Positions 1 to 9,174 of a stretch of 64,000 bases of DNA are shown one piece after another. Under the pieces are notes generated by a model, which ran no database searches, had not been told where the DNA came from, and saw only the letters and a list, made by a program, of their open reading frames with translations. The number at the start of each line of letters is the position of its first letter. Within the stretch, counting starts at the first letter, position 1. Source of the stretch: Thiobacillus sp. (lineage in GTDB: Bacteria; Pseudomonadota; Gammaproteobacteria; Burkholderiales; Thiobacillaceae). Both the position numbers and the translations under genes were made by a program. The stretch is from contig DATCSW010000011.1 in the NCBI GenBank assembly GCA_036568265.1, forward strand, positions 293,349-357,348, in the 5' to 3' direction.

Positions 1-2494
1 AGTTGTCAAACAGTTTCCACACCGACAACGCACTGAGCGGGTTGGGTTGGCGTTTCGATTTCGTTCCGGAGGGTGTGGCTGGTCCGGGCACGCGCGGAAG
101 CAGCCAGCCGGCAAGTTGCCAGTCACCCCGTATCCAGCGATGCCGGCGGCTGGCTTCGATGGTATAGCTGGCCGGATGTTCTTCTATGAGATCGACATCG
201 GTCACCAGCGCCGAACGGGCATAACCGCTTTCCAGCAAGTCGTGACTGAGAATCAGGTTCTCCGGGAAGCGTCCATCGACGGCCTGCCGAAAAGCATCCA
301 CATCGTAAATGCCTTTGCCGATGAACGATCCTTCTCCAAAAATATCCTGATAGACATCCGACACTTCGCGCGTGTAGGGGTCGATGCCTGATTCGCCCGC
401 GAACAGTTTGGTAAAGCGTGACTGGCCGGCACTGGTGAGGCTGATCGAAGCGCGGGGCTGCAGGATCGCGTAGCCTGTGACAATGCGGCCCTTGTTGGCG
501 TCATACACCGGCCGATTGAGTGGATGCGCGAGGTTGCCTATCAGGGTGCGAGCGGAGTCGCGCGGCAGTTGCGTGTCGGTATCCAGAGTGATGACGTACT
601 GGATCGAGCCAAGGAGAGAGACATCACCAACTATCTCCGAGAATGCATTTTTCGCCCCGCCGCGCAGCAAGGCATTGAACTGCTCCAGCTTGCCGCGTTT
701 GCGCTCATATCCCATCCACACGCGTTCGATTGGGTTCCACACCCGTGGTCGATGAAACAGATAGAAAATGCCCGGACGATCATCGCGATAAGTCTCGTTC
801 AGTGTCTGGATGGCTGCGTGTGCATACGCGATTAAAGCCTCATCGTCTGGCAGGTTTTGCTCAGGCGCGTCATGGAAATCCGTCAGCAGTGCAAAAAACA
901 AATTGGGATCGCGGTTGCCGAGATAGCGGATTTCCAGGGCTTCGAGCAGTTCATCAATATCGTGCGGCTGGCTGAGCAGGGTGGGCACCACCACCATGGT
1001 GCGATGACGATCCGGTATGCCCTTCGAAAAGTCCAGCCGTGGTAACGCGCGTGGTGGCAGCAGGAGTGTCACCAGCTGGTTCACCAGCGAGACCGCCAGT
1101 GCCGAGATGCCGATCAGACCGGCGAACGCAAAAAACCAGATGTGCCCGTCGCGCCACTCGGCCCCATTGAAAATGGAAAGCATCCCTGCGGTCGCAAGCA
1201 CGGTGAACAGCAAGATCGGGCTGAGATAGAAAAACAAGCGAAAACGCCGGCTCGCCCGACTGGCCTGCAATTTTCGTGGCAAACGGAAGCCGATCGCACG
1301 CTCCAGGTCAGGTCGTCCGTGATCGATCAGGTAGTAACCGACATGCGCGCTGCGGTCGCGGGGACTTAATTGTGCTGCAGCAGTCTGCGCGAGCGCTATG
1401 GCTTCGCGAGCCACCGCACACTCGCTGAGCGAACCGCCTCTGGCCAGGTCTTCGATCACATGCCGGTAACGGTCGCGTGTGGCGAAATCCTGGTTGGCGT
1501 GCATCCCTGCAGGGTCTTCACGCAAGGCCTGTTCGACGACACTGAGCGACTCAACGAAATTTCGCCAGTCCATTGCGCCGATAAAGCGCAGGCTCCCGAT
1601 GCTGTTGGCAATGGATATCTGGTTGGTCGCGGCCGTGCGGCCAGCCGCATCCGATAACTGCGTTGCGGTCACGCCCTGGTCGAGCAGTTTTTGCTCAACC
1701 CAGGTTTGAACGAACGCCATGGCGGGGCCATGTGCCTGAAGCCTTGCGTAAAACTCTTCCACAAATGGCGCGGTCAGCGGCACGTCGGCACTCGCAAATT
1801 CGGCGAGTAACTGGATGAGCTGTTTCGGTTCACTTTCAGCCGTCGCGAGCATGCGGTCGGCCCAGGTGATGGCGGCGTCGATATCCTCGCGCCGACGGGC
1901 AATACGCAAGCCAACACGGCGCAGGTTTTCCAGTAGCGCCAACTGCAACATGATGGGGAAAGCCCACAGTTCACCCAGCTTCAAGGGTTCTGCAGTCTGG
2001 TAGGCGGCGATGAATTGGGTGGCGTTATCGCTGTCGACGCGCCCGTCCATGTGCGAAATCAGCTCCAACGCCAGATCATAGATACGGGGGAAGCCCGCTG
2101 AGGGGCCACCATCCAGTCTTGGTAACTGTCGGCTGTAGCCGCGCGGCAGATGGCGGCGCGCCAGGCTGATCTGCTGCTCGATGAGATAAAAGTTGTCGAG
2201 TAACCAGGCCTCTGCAGGCACGATGCGTTGTCCTGGTGTGGCTGCGGCTGTCACCACGCCGTACGCTGCGCGCAGCACGCGCTCATTGTCTGCCAGTCGT
2301 GGCAGCAACTTGTCTGGCCCTGGATTCGGATCAATCCGATGCTGGTCGGCCAGCGTGACTGCATGCCGCTTTAATTGCTCGATACTGAACAGCTCAGCGC
2401 GCAGCAATTCGGTATCCCGCTCATTGCGTAGCGTGTTTCGTGTGCGCGGAGAAAATCCGAACTCTTTGATGGCGATGACACTCTCCTTGTGCAT
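1..2494 (-). CDS. ndvB: Cyclic beta-1,2-glucan synthase (Cgs/NdvB/ChvB family), N-terminal part; runs off window start
   Basis: Not in the ORF track because it has no stop in the window. Manual translation of both ends: MHKESV...LRAELFSIEQL...AEAWLLDNFYLIEQQI...FPRIYDLALELISHMDGR...LKLGELWAFPIMLQLALLENLRR near the start, and NPLSALSVWKLFDN at the window edge in the same frame; these are characteristic Cgs motifs. Confidence 0.85.
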   Translation of the reverse strand, partial: MHKESVIAIKEFGFSPRTRNTLRNERDTELLRAELFSIEQLKRHAVTLADQHRIDPNPGPDKLLPRLADNERVLRAAYGVVTAAATPGQRIVPAEAWLLDNFYLIEQQISLARRHLPRGYSRQLPRLDGGPSAGFPRIYDLALELISHMDGRVDSDNATQFIAAYQTAEPLKLGELWAFPIMLQLALLENLRRVGLRIARRREDIDAAITWADRMLATAESEPKQLIQLLAEFASADVPLTAPFVEEFYARLQAHGPAMAFVQTWVEQKLLDQGVTATQLSDAAGRTAATNQISIANSIGSLRFIGAMDWRNFVESLSVVEQALREDPAGMHANQDFATRDRYRHVIEDLARGGSLSECAVAREAIALAQTAAAQLSPRDRSAHVGYYLIDHGRPDLERAIGFRLPRKLQASRASRRFRLFFYLSPILLFTVLATAGMLSIFNGAEWRDGHIWFFAFAGLIGISALAVSLVNQLVTLLLPPRALPRLDFSKGIPDRHRTMVVVPTLLSQPHDIDELLEALEIRYLGNRDPNLFFALLTDFHDAPEQNLPDDEALIAYAHAAIQTLNETYRDDRPGIFYLFHRPRVWNPIERVWMGYERKRGKLEQFNALLRGGAKNAFSEIVGDVSLLGSIQYVITLDTDTQLPRDSARTLIGNLAHPLNRPVYDANKGRIVTGYAILQPRASISLTSAGQSRFTKLFAGESGIDPYTREVSDVYQDIFGEGSFIGKGIYDVDAFRQAVDGRFPENLILSHDLLESGYARSALVTDVDLIEEHPASYTIEASRRHRWIRGDWQLAGWLLPRVPGPATPSGTKSKRQPNPLSALSVWKLFDN

Positions 2495-3064
2495 ATACGA
2501 CGCCAGCAACGCGGGATGGGTCTCGCGCTGGCCTATGCCTGGTGTTGGACGATCAGGGTGAGTTACAGACGGATCTGGCACAAACATTGTGCCTGTCGAT
2601 AGCCGTCTCTTGAATACTATCTAGTTCTAGCAGGAATTACGCTTCCAAGGCAGGGGAAATGGAACCATGAAGCGGAATCGGGGTGCTGGCCGACATATCC
2701 GATCGATGTTTGCTGACACAACCTGTCTTTGGACAGTGTCGAACGGAAAAGTTTCAATACGTCGCGGTGAGGGTTTTGGGTCTTGAGCGGTTGCGCTGCA
2801 CTTGCAGTGCACCACACTTGAAGTAGGTGTGGACTGTATCTTAACAAAAGCAGTCAGGAAAACATGGTGGGCTCACGTTGCCAGCGCTGTCGGCCAGAAT
2901 GGCCGGTGTGACGAGACATGAGTGGGCCTGTTCAGAAAATCAGCCATGCTGTCGAAAGCCTTTACTGTATGGCCAGCCGATTTTTTGCTTTGTTTGTTGG
3001 CTAGTGTGCGCGTGATTGCTTCAAGTCGTCCTGTCACCCGCGTCTTGTCACACCTGTGTTCGGT

Positions 3065-3103
3065 AAAAGAAAAAGCACCCAGGCCGTAAAGCGCCAGGTG
3101 CTT
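3065..3103 (-). terminator. Probable intrinsic terminator of the Pro-Arg-His tRNA operon
   Basis: Imperfect AAGCACC...GGTGCTT stem followed by TTTCTTTT on the minus strand, just after tRNA-His. Confidence 0.45.
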
Positions 3104-3111
3104 GAAATAGA

Positions 3112-3188
3112 TGGGGTGGACGATGGGGCTCGAACCCACGACAACAGGAATCACAATCCTGGACTCTACCAACTGAGCTACGTCCACC
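3112..3188 (-). tRNA. tRNA-His(GTG)
   Basis: Cloverleaf, anticodon loop TTGTGAT, G-1:C73 extra pair, encoded CCA. Confidence 0.95.
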
Positions 3189-3222
3189 ATTGGTGTTATC
3201 AGCATGCTGATAACGAAAACTT

Positions 3223-3299
3223 TGGTCTGCCCGACAGGAATCGAACCTGTAACCCCCAGCTTAGAAGGCTGGTGCTCTATCCGGTTGAGCTACGGGCAG
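3223..3299 (-). tRNA. tRNA-Arg(TCT)
   Basis: CTGCCCG/CGGGCAG acceptor stem, anticodon loop CTTCTAA, TTCGA T-loop, CCA. Confidence 0.95.
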
Positions 3300-3330
3300 A
3301 GATTCTTTCATCGGGCACTATTATATGGGG

Positions 3331-3407
3331 TGGTCGGGGTGAGGGGATTCGAACTCCTGACATCCTGCTCCCAAAGCAGGCGCGCTACCGGGCTGCGCTA
3401 CACCCCG
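3331..3407 (-). tRNA. tRNA-Pro(TGG)
   Basis: CGGGGTG/CACCCCG acceptor stem, anticodon loop TTTGGGA, CCA. Confidence 0.95.
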
Positions 3408-3450
3408 AATTCCTACTGAATGCATAACCGCTGCATTTCGGAGAAGCGAG

Positions 3451-3480
3451 ACTATACATGCGCAAAGTGGTTGTGGTCAA
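3451..3480 (-). promoter_or_regulatory. Sigma70 promoter of the tRNA-Pro-Arg-His operon
   Basis: TTGACC-18 nt-TATAGT on the minus strand upstream of tRNA-Pro. Confidence 0.6.
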
Positions 3481-3543
3481 TTTTAGCTTGAGTAAAGGGG
3501 GTGGTTTCCGCGAAAATCACTCTTTTGCTTCGGGATTCTTTTG

Positions 3544-4398
3544 ATGAGCGCACGTATTCTCGACGGTAAGGCCATGGCCGACACCATCCTCGCGGTGATC
3601 CACGACAAGGTCGCCGAACGCGGGGCGCAGGGTAAGCGCGCGCCTGGTTTGGCAGTCATTCTGGTGGGGGATGAAGCCGCCTCTGCGGTGTATGTGCGTA
3701 ACAAGAAGCGCGCCTGTGAGCGCGCCGGCGTGACCAGCGTGTCACACGATCTGCCCAGTGCCACGACTCAGGATCAGCTGCTGGCGCTCATCGATACCCT
3801 GAACGCCGATACCGGTATTGACGGCATCCTGGTTCAATTGCCGCTACCGGCGCATATCGATGCGGAAACCGTGATCGAGCGTATTCGTCCCGACAAGGAT
3901 GTCGATGGCTTCCACCCCTACAATATTGGCCGCCTGGCGGTGAAGATGCCCACGCTGAGACCGTCTACGCCGCGCGGCATCATGACGATGTTGCGTGCGA
4001 CCGGTGAGGAATTGCGCGGCAAGAATGCGGTGATGGTAGGCGCCTCGAATATTGTGGGGCGGCCGATGAGCCTGGAGCTGTTGCTGGCAGGCTGCACCAT
4101 TACCGTGTGCCACAGCGCCACCCGAGATCTCGAAAGCTTTGTGCGTTCCGCCGAAGTGCTGGTGGTCGGGGTGGGTCGACCGAAAATGATACCTGGCGAC
4201 TGGATCCGTGAAGGGGCGGTCGTGATCGACGTGGGCATTAACCGTATGCTGGATGGGAAGCTGGTCGGCGATGTCGATTTTGAGGCGGCAAAAGAGCGTG
4301 CCGGCTGGATTACCCCGGTACCCGGCGGTGTCGGGCCCATGACCGTGGCGACGTTGCTGGAAAACACGCTCGAAGCTGCACTGATGCACAACCCCTGA
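3544..4398 (+). CDS. folD: Bifunctional methylenetetrahydrofolate dehydrogenase/cyclohydrolase
   Basis: [41 protein letters not shown] motifs. Confidence 0.97.
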   Translation: MSARILDGKAMADTILAVIHDKVAERGAQGKRAPGLAVILVGDEAASAVYVRNKKRACERAGVTSVSHDLPSATTQDQLLALIDTLNADTGIDGILVQLPLPAHIDAETVIERIRPDKDVDGFHPYNIGRLAVKMPTLRPSTPRGIMTMLRATGEELRGKNAVMVGASNIVGRPMSLELLLAGCTITVCHSATRDLESFVRSAEVLVVGVGRPKMIPGDWIREGAVVIDVGINRMLDGKLVGDVDFEAAKERAGWITPVPGGVGPMTVATLLENTLEAALMHNP

Positions 4399-4421
4399 GG
4401 TGAGTTGGGGGCTGGTCCGGA

Positions 4422-5180
4422 TTAATCCTGGTGCAAAGCCTTTAAATACGCCACATCCACAAATGGCTGGTTGAGGTCGACACCGGCCAGTCGTTGATTG
4501 GGCTGACTGGGCTCGCCGAGGTCAGACAGCACGACCGTAGCGCCGGTGAAGTCGTGATCCAGCGTGTAATCATTCACCGTCACCAGTGTCTTCAGCCCTG
4601 CGCCCAGGCTGGAGCGCAAACCATTTTCAGAGTCTTCAAAAGCCAGGCATCCAGCCGGGTCCAAATGCATTTTTTCCAGCGCGTAGTGATAAATATCGGG
4701 CGCAGGCTTTTTGGACGGCACGATATCACCGGCAGCAATCACTTCAAACCAGTCCTGGGTGCCTGAACCCAGGCTGTGTTCCAGCAGCACTGTGACGTTT
4801 TCGGGCGTAGTGGTGGTGGCGATGCCAAGCCGCAAGCCTGCGGCGCGCGCCTCGTTCAGCAAACGTTTGACGCCGGGCCGCAGCGGGATGCCGCCCTGTG
4901 CCGCGAGAGCCGTATAGTGGCGCGTTTTGGATTTGTGCAGGTCGGCCACCAGATCGTCGAAATGCTCAGGCTTTTCGTAGTCCGGCCTGAAGTGCTCGAC
5001 ATAGTACTTCATGCGCTCCTTGCCACCGGTGACGGCGAGCAGCTTGCCGTACAGTGCAACATCCCACACCCAGTCTAGCCCGGCGTCCTGGAAGGCCTGG
5101 TTGAAGGCGGGACGGTGTCCGTCACGTTCTGTATCGGCAAGCGTGCCGTCGACATCAAAAAGCAGGGCAAGTAGGGTCAT
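4422..5180 (-). CDS. cbbY: HAD-IA hydrolase, CbbY-like sugar-bisphosphate phosphatase
   Basis: FDVDGTLADTERDGHRPAFN, TGGKERM, KKPAPDIY, FEDSENG motifs typical of CbbY. Confidence 0.8.
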   Translation of the reverse strand: MTLLALLFDVDGTLADTERDGHRPAFNQAFQDAGLDWVWDVALYGKLLAVTGGKERMKYYVEHFRPDYEKPEHFDDLVADLHKSKTRHYTALAAQGGIPLRPGVKRLLNEARAAGLRLGIATTTTPENVTVLLEHSLGSGTQDWFEVIAAGDIVPSKKPAPDIYHYALEKMHLDPAGCLAFEDSENGLRSSLGAGLKTLVTVNDYTLDHDFTGATVVLSDLGEPSQPNQRLAGVDLNQPFVDVAYLKALHQD

Positions 5181-5268
5181 ATGGGTTGCAGTTGGTAAGT
5201 GATTCTGATATTAAGTCGGGTCGGGTTTTCCCCGGGTTTTTGAGATCTGTATTTTCGGAGAGAGCGAG

Positions 5269-5688
5269 ATGGCTGAAACTTTGATGCGCTTCGAGCCCTA
5301 CAAGGCAAAAAAGAGCGAAGAATACATGAACACGAAACAGCTCGAGCATTTTCGCAAAATGCTCGAGGCCTGGAAAGCAGAGCTTTCACAAGATATCGAT
5401 ACTACCCTGCATTCCATGCAGGATGGCCAAACCGTATTTGCCGATCCCAACGACCGCGCCACACAGGAATCCGACATGGCGCTGGAGTTGCGCAATCGCG
5501 ATCGCGAGCGCAGATTGATCAAGAAGATCAACGAGACCCTCGCCAAGATCAATAGTGGTGACTACGGTTATTGTGAAACTTGTGGCGTAGAAATCGGTTT
5601 GGAGCGCTTGCAGGCACGGCCTACTGCGTCAATGTGCATCGATTGCAAAACGCTCGAAGAGATTCGCGAGCGCCAGATCGCCAAATAA
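5269..5688 (+). CDS. dksA: RNA polymerase-binding transcription factor DksA
   Basis: DPNDRATQE coiled-coil tip and CETC...CIDC zinc finger. Confidence 0.95.
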   Translation: MAETLMRFEPYKAKKSEEYMNTKQLEHFRKMLEAWKAELSQDIDTTLHSMQDGQTVFADPNDRATQESDMALELRNRDRERRLIKKINETLAKINSGDYGYCETCGVEIGLERLQARPTASMCIDCKTLEEIRERQIAK

Positions 5689-5766
5689 TGACCAGATTGC
5701 CGAGTCCAGCCTGCGCTGTTTTATTTTCGGTGTGGCAGTTTTTAACCTTCATTGATTGATCCACCC

Positions 5767-6210
5767 ATGGCTGATACCGACGATTTTGACCGCTACTACA
5801 ATGGGATGCTCTACAGCGTGATGCGTTGGGATCAGCTGACTGCTTTCTGGCAAAAGGTTGATGCTGATGCGGGCTGGTATCTGTATGCAGTGGGGCAGCC
5901 GCTGCCGGAAGCACCCTCCAGCGCGGACAAGGTGCAGCAATTTACCCACCAGCTGGATGAATTATTACACCGTGAGCATCATGAAGATTATTGTGCAATT
6001 GTGTATGCAGACGATCTGGAAGCACCTAATTTCATCAAAATCTATGACCCCAATCATCTTGGCAGCTCGTGCGGTTCCAGTGCAACCCAATCCTCGGTGT
6101 TGCCGGGTTGGCTCATGAGTAAAACGCGGCCGCGTGAGCTCGAAATCAACGGTGTATTAACCGGCCAGCGAAATCGCTGGTGGCAAACCTTCCTGGGCTC
6201 TGCCGCATAA
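5767..6210 (+). CDS. Conserved hypothetical protein
   Basis: Follows dksA in the same orientation, ends at a terminator, and has a protein-like YDP.H.GSSCG motif; no function recognised. Confidence 0.7.
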   Translation: MADTDDFDRYYNGMLYSVMRWDQLTAFWQKVDADAGWYLYAVGQPLPEAPSSADKVQQFTHQLDELLHREHHEDYCAIVYADDLEAPNFIKIYDPNHLGSSCGSSATQSSVLPGWLMSKTRPRELEINGVLTGQRNRWWQTFLGSAA

Positions 6211-6238
6211 AAAACCGCGCCCGAGAGCGCGGTTTTTT
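6209..6238. terminator. Bidirectional intrinsic terminator
   Basis: AAAAAACCGCGC-CCGAGA-GCGCGGTTTTTT between convergent genes. Confidence 0.85.
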
Positions 6239-6251
6239 ATGGCCTAGAGCA

Positions 6252-6488
6252 TTACTTCTTGGCGGGTGTAGCAGGCATGGCCGGAGCAGCAGCGCTAGCG
6301 GCAGCTTCAGCTTTCTTTGCGTCAGCCTTTGCGTGCTTCTTGCTCATCTCGGCAGCAGGTTTTTCAGCGGCTACAGCAGCAGGTGCTGCAGGTGCGGCTG
6401 CAGCTTTGGCTGCATCAGCAGCAACAGCGGACATGCTGAAAGCGCCAACAATCGTTGCGGCGACCAGGGATGACATCAGTTTGCTCAT
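6252..6488 (-). CDS. Small secreted Ala/Lys-rich low-complexity protein (Asr-like), copy 1
   Basis: Signal peptide MSKLMSSLVAATIVGAFSMSAVA, disordered basic tail, RBS GGAG. Confidence 0.8.
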   Translation of the reverse strand: MSKLMSSLVAATIVGAFSMSAVAADAAKAAAAPAAPAAVAAEKPAAEMSKKHAKADAKKAEAAASAAAPAMPATPAKK

Positions 6489-6549
6489 TCATTTCTCCAG
6501 TATTATCAATCAGGTAGGTATGCAACCGCAGGTGGCAGTGCATGGGCGC

Positions 6550-6581
6550 ACTATGCGATTGAAAACTTACATGAACCTTAC
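6550..6581 (-). promoter_or_regulatory. Direct-repeat operator (CTTAC-N6-CTTAC) plus -10 CATAGT, copy 1
   Basis: CTTACATGAACCTTAC at 6566-6581; CATAGT on the minus strand at 6550-6555, 10 nt away. Confidence 0.65.
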
Positions 6582-6588
6582 GGCAATC

Positions 6589-6617
6589 AAAAACCGCGCT
6601 TTCGGACGCGGTTTTTT
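6589..6617 (-). terminator. Intrinsic terminator
   Basis: AAAAACCGCG...CGCGGTTTTTT, a near-copy of the 6209-6238 hairpin. Confidence 0.85.
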
Positions 6618-6630
6618 GTGCCTGCAAGAT

Positions 6631-6882
6631 TTACTGCTTGCTGCCTTCAGCAGGCATAGTCGGGGCAGCCGCTTCATGCGATTTTTTGGCAGTATGCTTT
6701 TGAGCAGCATGATGCTTGTTTGCATGTTTCTTGGGGGCGTTGGCTGGCTTTTCAGACATGTCTGGCGTAGCAGCGACAGCGGGCGCTGCTGGGGTAGCTT
6801 TTGCTGCGTCAGCAGCGATGGCCGATAGGCTGAAAGCGCCAACAATCGTTGCGGCGACCAGGGAAGACATCAGTTTGTTCAT
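6631..6882 (-). CDS. Small secreted Ala/Lys/His-rich protein (Asr-like), copy 2
   Basis: Start reassigned to MNKLMSSLVAATIVGAF (RBS CAGGAG). Signal peptide nearly identical to copy 1; His-rich KKHANKHHAAQKHTAKKSH segment. Confidence 0.8.
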   Translation of the reverse strand: MNKLMSSLVAATIVGAFSLSAIAADAAKATPAAPAVAATPDMSEKPANAPKKHANKHHAAQKHTAKKSHEAAAPTMPAEGSKQ

Positions 6883-6942
6883 CAATTTCTCCTGTGGGGT
6901 AGTGAAGGGTATGCAATCGCGGATAGCAAGTGCATGGTGTTC

Positions 6943-6974
6943 ACTATGTGATGTCATGCTTACATGAATCTTAC
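6943..6974 (-). promoter_or_regulatory. Direct-repeat operator (CTTAC-N6-CTTAC) plus -10 CATAGT, copy 2
   Basis: CTTACATGAATCTTAC at 6959-6974; CATAGT at 6943-6948, the same 10-nt spacing as copy 1. Confidence 0.65.
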
Positions 6975-7049
6975 GTGGCCTACTTTGGAGTACATTATTT
7001 GTGGGCCGTGCATGACATACTGAACTTCACTTTATGACAGATTCTGAAC

Positions 7050-7727
7050 ATGAAAATTTTGCTTGTTGAGGATGATCCGACTTTAGGTGAGGCCGTGGCG
7101 ATGGCCGCGCGACAAGCGGGTTTTGCTGTCGATTGGACACGTGATGGAATTCAGGCAGACAACGCGCTATCAGGGTTTACCTATGATGCGATGCTGCTTG
7201 ATCTTGGGTTGCCTCGACGAGAAGGGCTCGAGGTGCTCCGTAATTTGCGCAAACGTGGCGCCAAGCTTCCCGTCATGATTATGACTGCGCGCGATACGGT
7301 AGAAGACCGGGTGCGGGGTCTGGATGCCGGTGCGGATGATTATGTACTCAAGCCTTTTTCACTTGATGAGTTGCTTGCTCGCTTAAGAGCCTTGTTACGG
7401 CGATCGAACGGCGTGGCCGATCCCCAGGTCTGCATGGGCCGATTGTGTTTTGACAGCGTCAAGCGACAGGCACAAGTGGGTGAGGCGTTGCTGGCCCTGT
7501 CTGCCCGCGAAATGGAAGTGCTGGAAATTTTGCTGTTACATACCGGGCGGGTGACCACCAAGGAGTCTATTGCAGATCGACTGGCGGGGTGGGATGACGG
7601 TGTGGGTGAGAATGCAGTGGAGGTCTACATACATCGACTGCGCCGCAAACTGGAAGGGTCTGGCGTGGGGATTCGAACGTTGCGCGGGCTGGGGTATGTC
7701 CTGGAAGTTGAGCCTCCTGGACGATGA
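7050..7727 (+). CDS. OmpR-family response regulator (TctD/QseB-like)
   Basis: LLVEDD, LLDLGLP, GADDYVLKPF receiver motifs and winged-helix IRTLRGLGY. Confidence 0.92.
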   Translation: MKILLVEDDPTLGEAVAMAARQAGFAVDWTRDGIQADNALSGFTYDAMLLDLGLPRREGLEVLRNLRKRGAKLPVMIMTARDTVEDRVRGLDAGADDYVLKPFSLDELLARLRALLRRSNGVADPQVCMGRLCFDSVKRQAQVGEALLALSAREMEVLEILLLHTGRVTTKESIADRLAGWDDGVGENAVEVYIHRLRRKLEGSGVGIRTLRGLGYVLEVEPPGR

Positions 7728-9103
7728 GCCAGAACAGCCTGCGCAAGCAGTTAATCGTTCGCATGCTATGGGTCATGCTGCCGCTGTTTCTGCTGTTATG
7801 GGTGATCGCCTTTTATTCCAGCCAGTATTTCATCAATGAGGCTTTTGACCGTTCGCTGATACGCCGGACGTATGCACTGGCCGATCGGGTGGAAGTGATT
7901 CGTGGACAAGTGCATGTGGATATTTCGGTTGCGGCTCGGGAAATGCTCGCGTTCGATCAGGAAGACCTGCTTTTTCATCGTGTGATGGATCCTCAATCGC
8001 GGGTCATCGAGGGTGAACGTGACATGCCCGCACCCCCTGGAGGCAAGCGGGTCAAGCCGGGTCAACTTGTTGTTTATGAAGGCTTCAAGGATGGCGAAAA
8101 AGTCAGAGTGGCGGCTTTTGCCTTGTCTTTGAAAGGAACCAGTGCGCGTGGCGACGTACTGGTGCAGGTGGGTGAGACACTGTCGCGGCGCACGGCGCTG
8201 GCCAAACGTGCCACGCTGGCGATCGTGATTCCCATGTTGCTGATGACGCTGGCCGCCGCCGCTGCGATTGCCTATGGCGTCGGGCGTGGCCTGGTGCCAC
8301 TGAGTCGCTTGCGCGACCGGTTGTCGGCCCGGGATGCATTCGATCTGAGTCCGGTGCCACTCGATGGCGCACCCGCAGAGCTACGCCCTTTTCTGGATGA
8401 AATCAACTCATTGCTCGTGCGTTTGTCCGAAGCCGTCGATGCTCAGTCGCGTTTTGTTTCTGATGCCGCGCACCAACTGCGCACGCCGATCGCAGGCATT
8501 CGGGCCCAGGCTGAAGCCGCCCTGATCAACGCGCAACCCAATGACGCGCAACATGCCCTGACCCGTATTGCACAGGCAACCCAGACCATGGGTGAATTGG
8601 TTCAGAAACTGCTCATACTGGCGCGGGTCGATGCGGCTGAAAACACCCTGCGCCTGGTTCCACTGGATGGGGTGGAGCTGGTCAGGGACGTTGCACGGGA
8701 ATGGGCTCTGCAGGCCCTAGCGAAAGAGGGAGACATCAGTTTTGACGCACAGGAGGCTGATGCATCCCTGATGGGCGATGCCCAGCTGTTGCGCGAGATG
8801 CTGTCCAATCTGATCGACAATGCACTGCGTTACGGTGGGACTAAAATTGCATTGTCAGTCGAACGTACTGAGGTGGGCACCCGGTGGCGCGTCGGCGATA
8901 ACGGTCCGGGCATTCCTGAAGCACAGCGTGAGGCTGTTTTTCTCCCTTTCCAGCGGATTTCTGATGGGGTGGGTGGCGCTGGGCTGGGTTTGACAATCGT
9001 GCGACGCATCGCGCATCTTCACGGCGCAAGCGTGCGTCTGGATGCGGGTGAGGGGGGAACTGGACTGGTTGTCAGCGTGGCTTTCCCGGACATGCCGGTT
9101 TGA
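7724..9103 (+). CDS. Sensor histidine kinase (TctE/QseC-like)
   Basis: Two TM segments, H-box FVSDAAHQLRTP, N-box NLIDNALRY, DNGPGI, GAGLGL; ATGA overlap with the regulator. Confidence 0.92.
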   Translation: MSQNSLRKQLIVRMLWVMLPLFLLLWVIAFYSSQYFINEAFDRSLIRRTYALADRVEVIRGQVHVDISVAAREMLAFDQEDLLFHRVMDPQSRVIEGERDMPAPPGGKRVKPGQLVVYEGFKDGEKVRVAAFALSLKGTSARGDVLVQVGETLSRRTALAKRATLAIVIPMLLMTLAAAAAIAYGVGRGLVPLSRLRDRLSARDAFDLSPVPLDGAPAELRPFLDEINSLLVRLSEAVDAQSRFVSDAAHQLRTPIAGIRAQAEAALINAQPNDAQHALTRIAQATQTMGELVQKLLILARVDAAENTLRLVPLDGVELVRDVAREWALQALAKEGDISFDAQEADASLMGDAQLLREMLSNLIDNALRYGGTKIALSVERTEVGTRWRVGDNGPGIPEAQREAVFLPFQRISDGVGGAGLGLTIVRRIAHLHGASVRLDAGEGGTGLVVSVAFPDMPV

Positions 9104-9128
9104 GACTACGCGTTCTGAATGCTGAATC

Positions 9129-9156
9129 AAAAAACGCGCCATCGGGCGCGGTTTTT
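9129..9156. terminator. Bidirectional terminator
   Basis: AAAAAACGCGCC-ATCG-GGCGCGGTTTTT between convergent genes. Confidence 0.8.
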
Positions 9157-9174
9157 GATGGGCGGTAGCTTGCC

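Noticed and set aside
47-2561. Many short ORF-track entries on both strands
   Set aside because: They are shadows of the long minus-strand cgs/ndvB frame, which the track omitted because it is open at the window edge.
2905-3054. 13-bp inverted repeat GGTGTGAC(G/A)AGAC enclosing 150 bp downstream of tRNA-His
   Set aside because: Short, one mismatch, no target duplication, no second copy and no integrase nearby; not distinguishable from chance or a regulator site.
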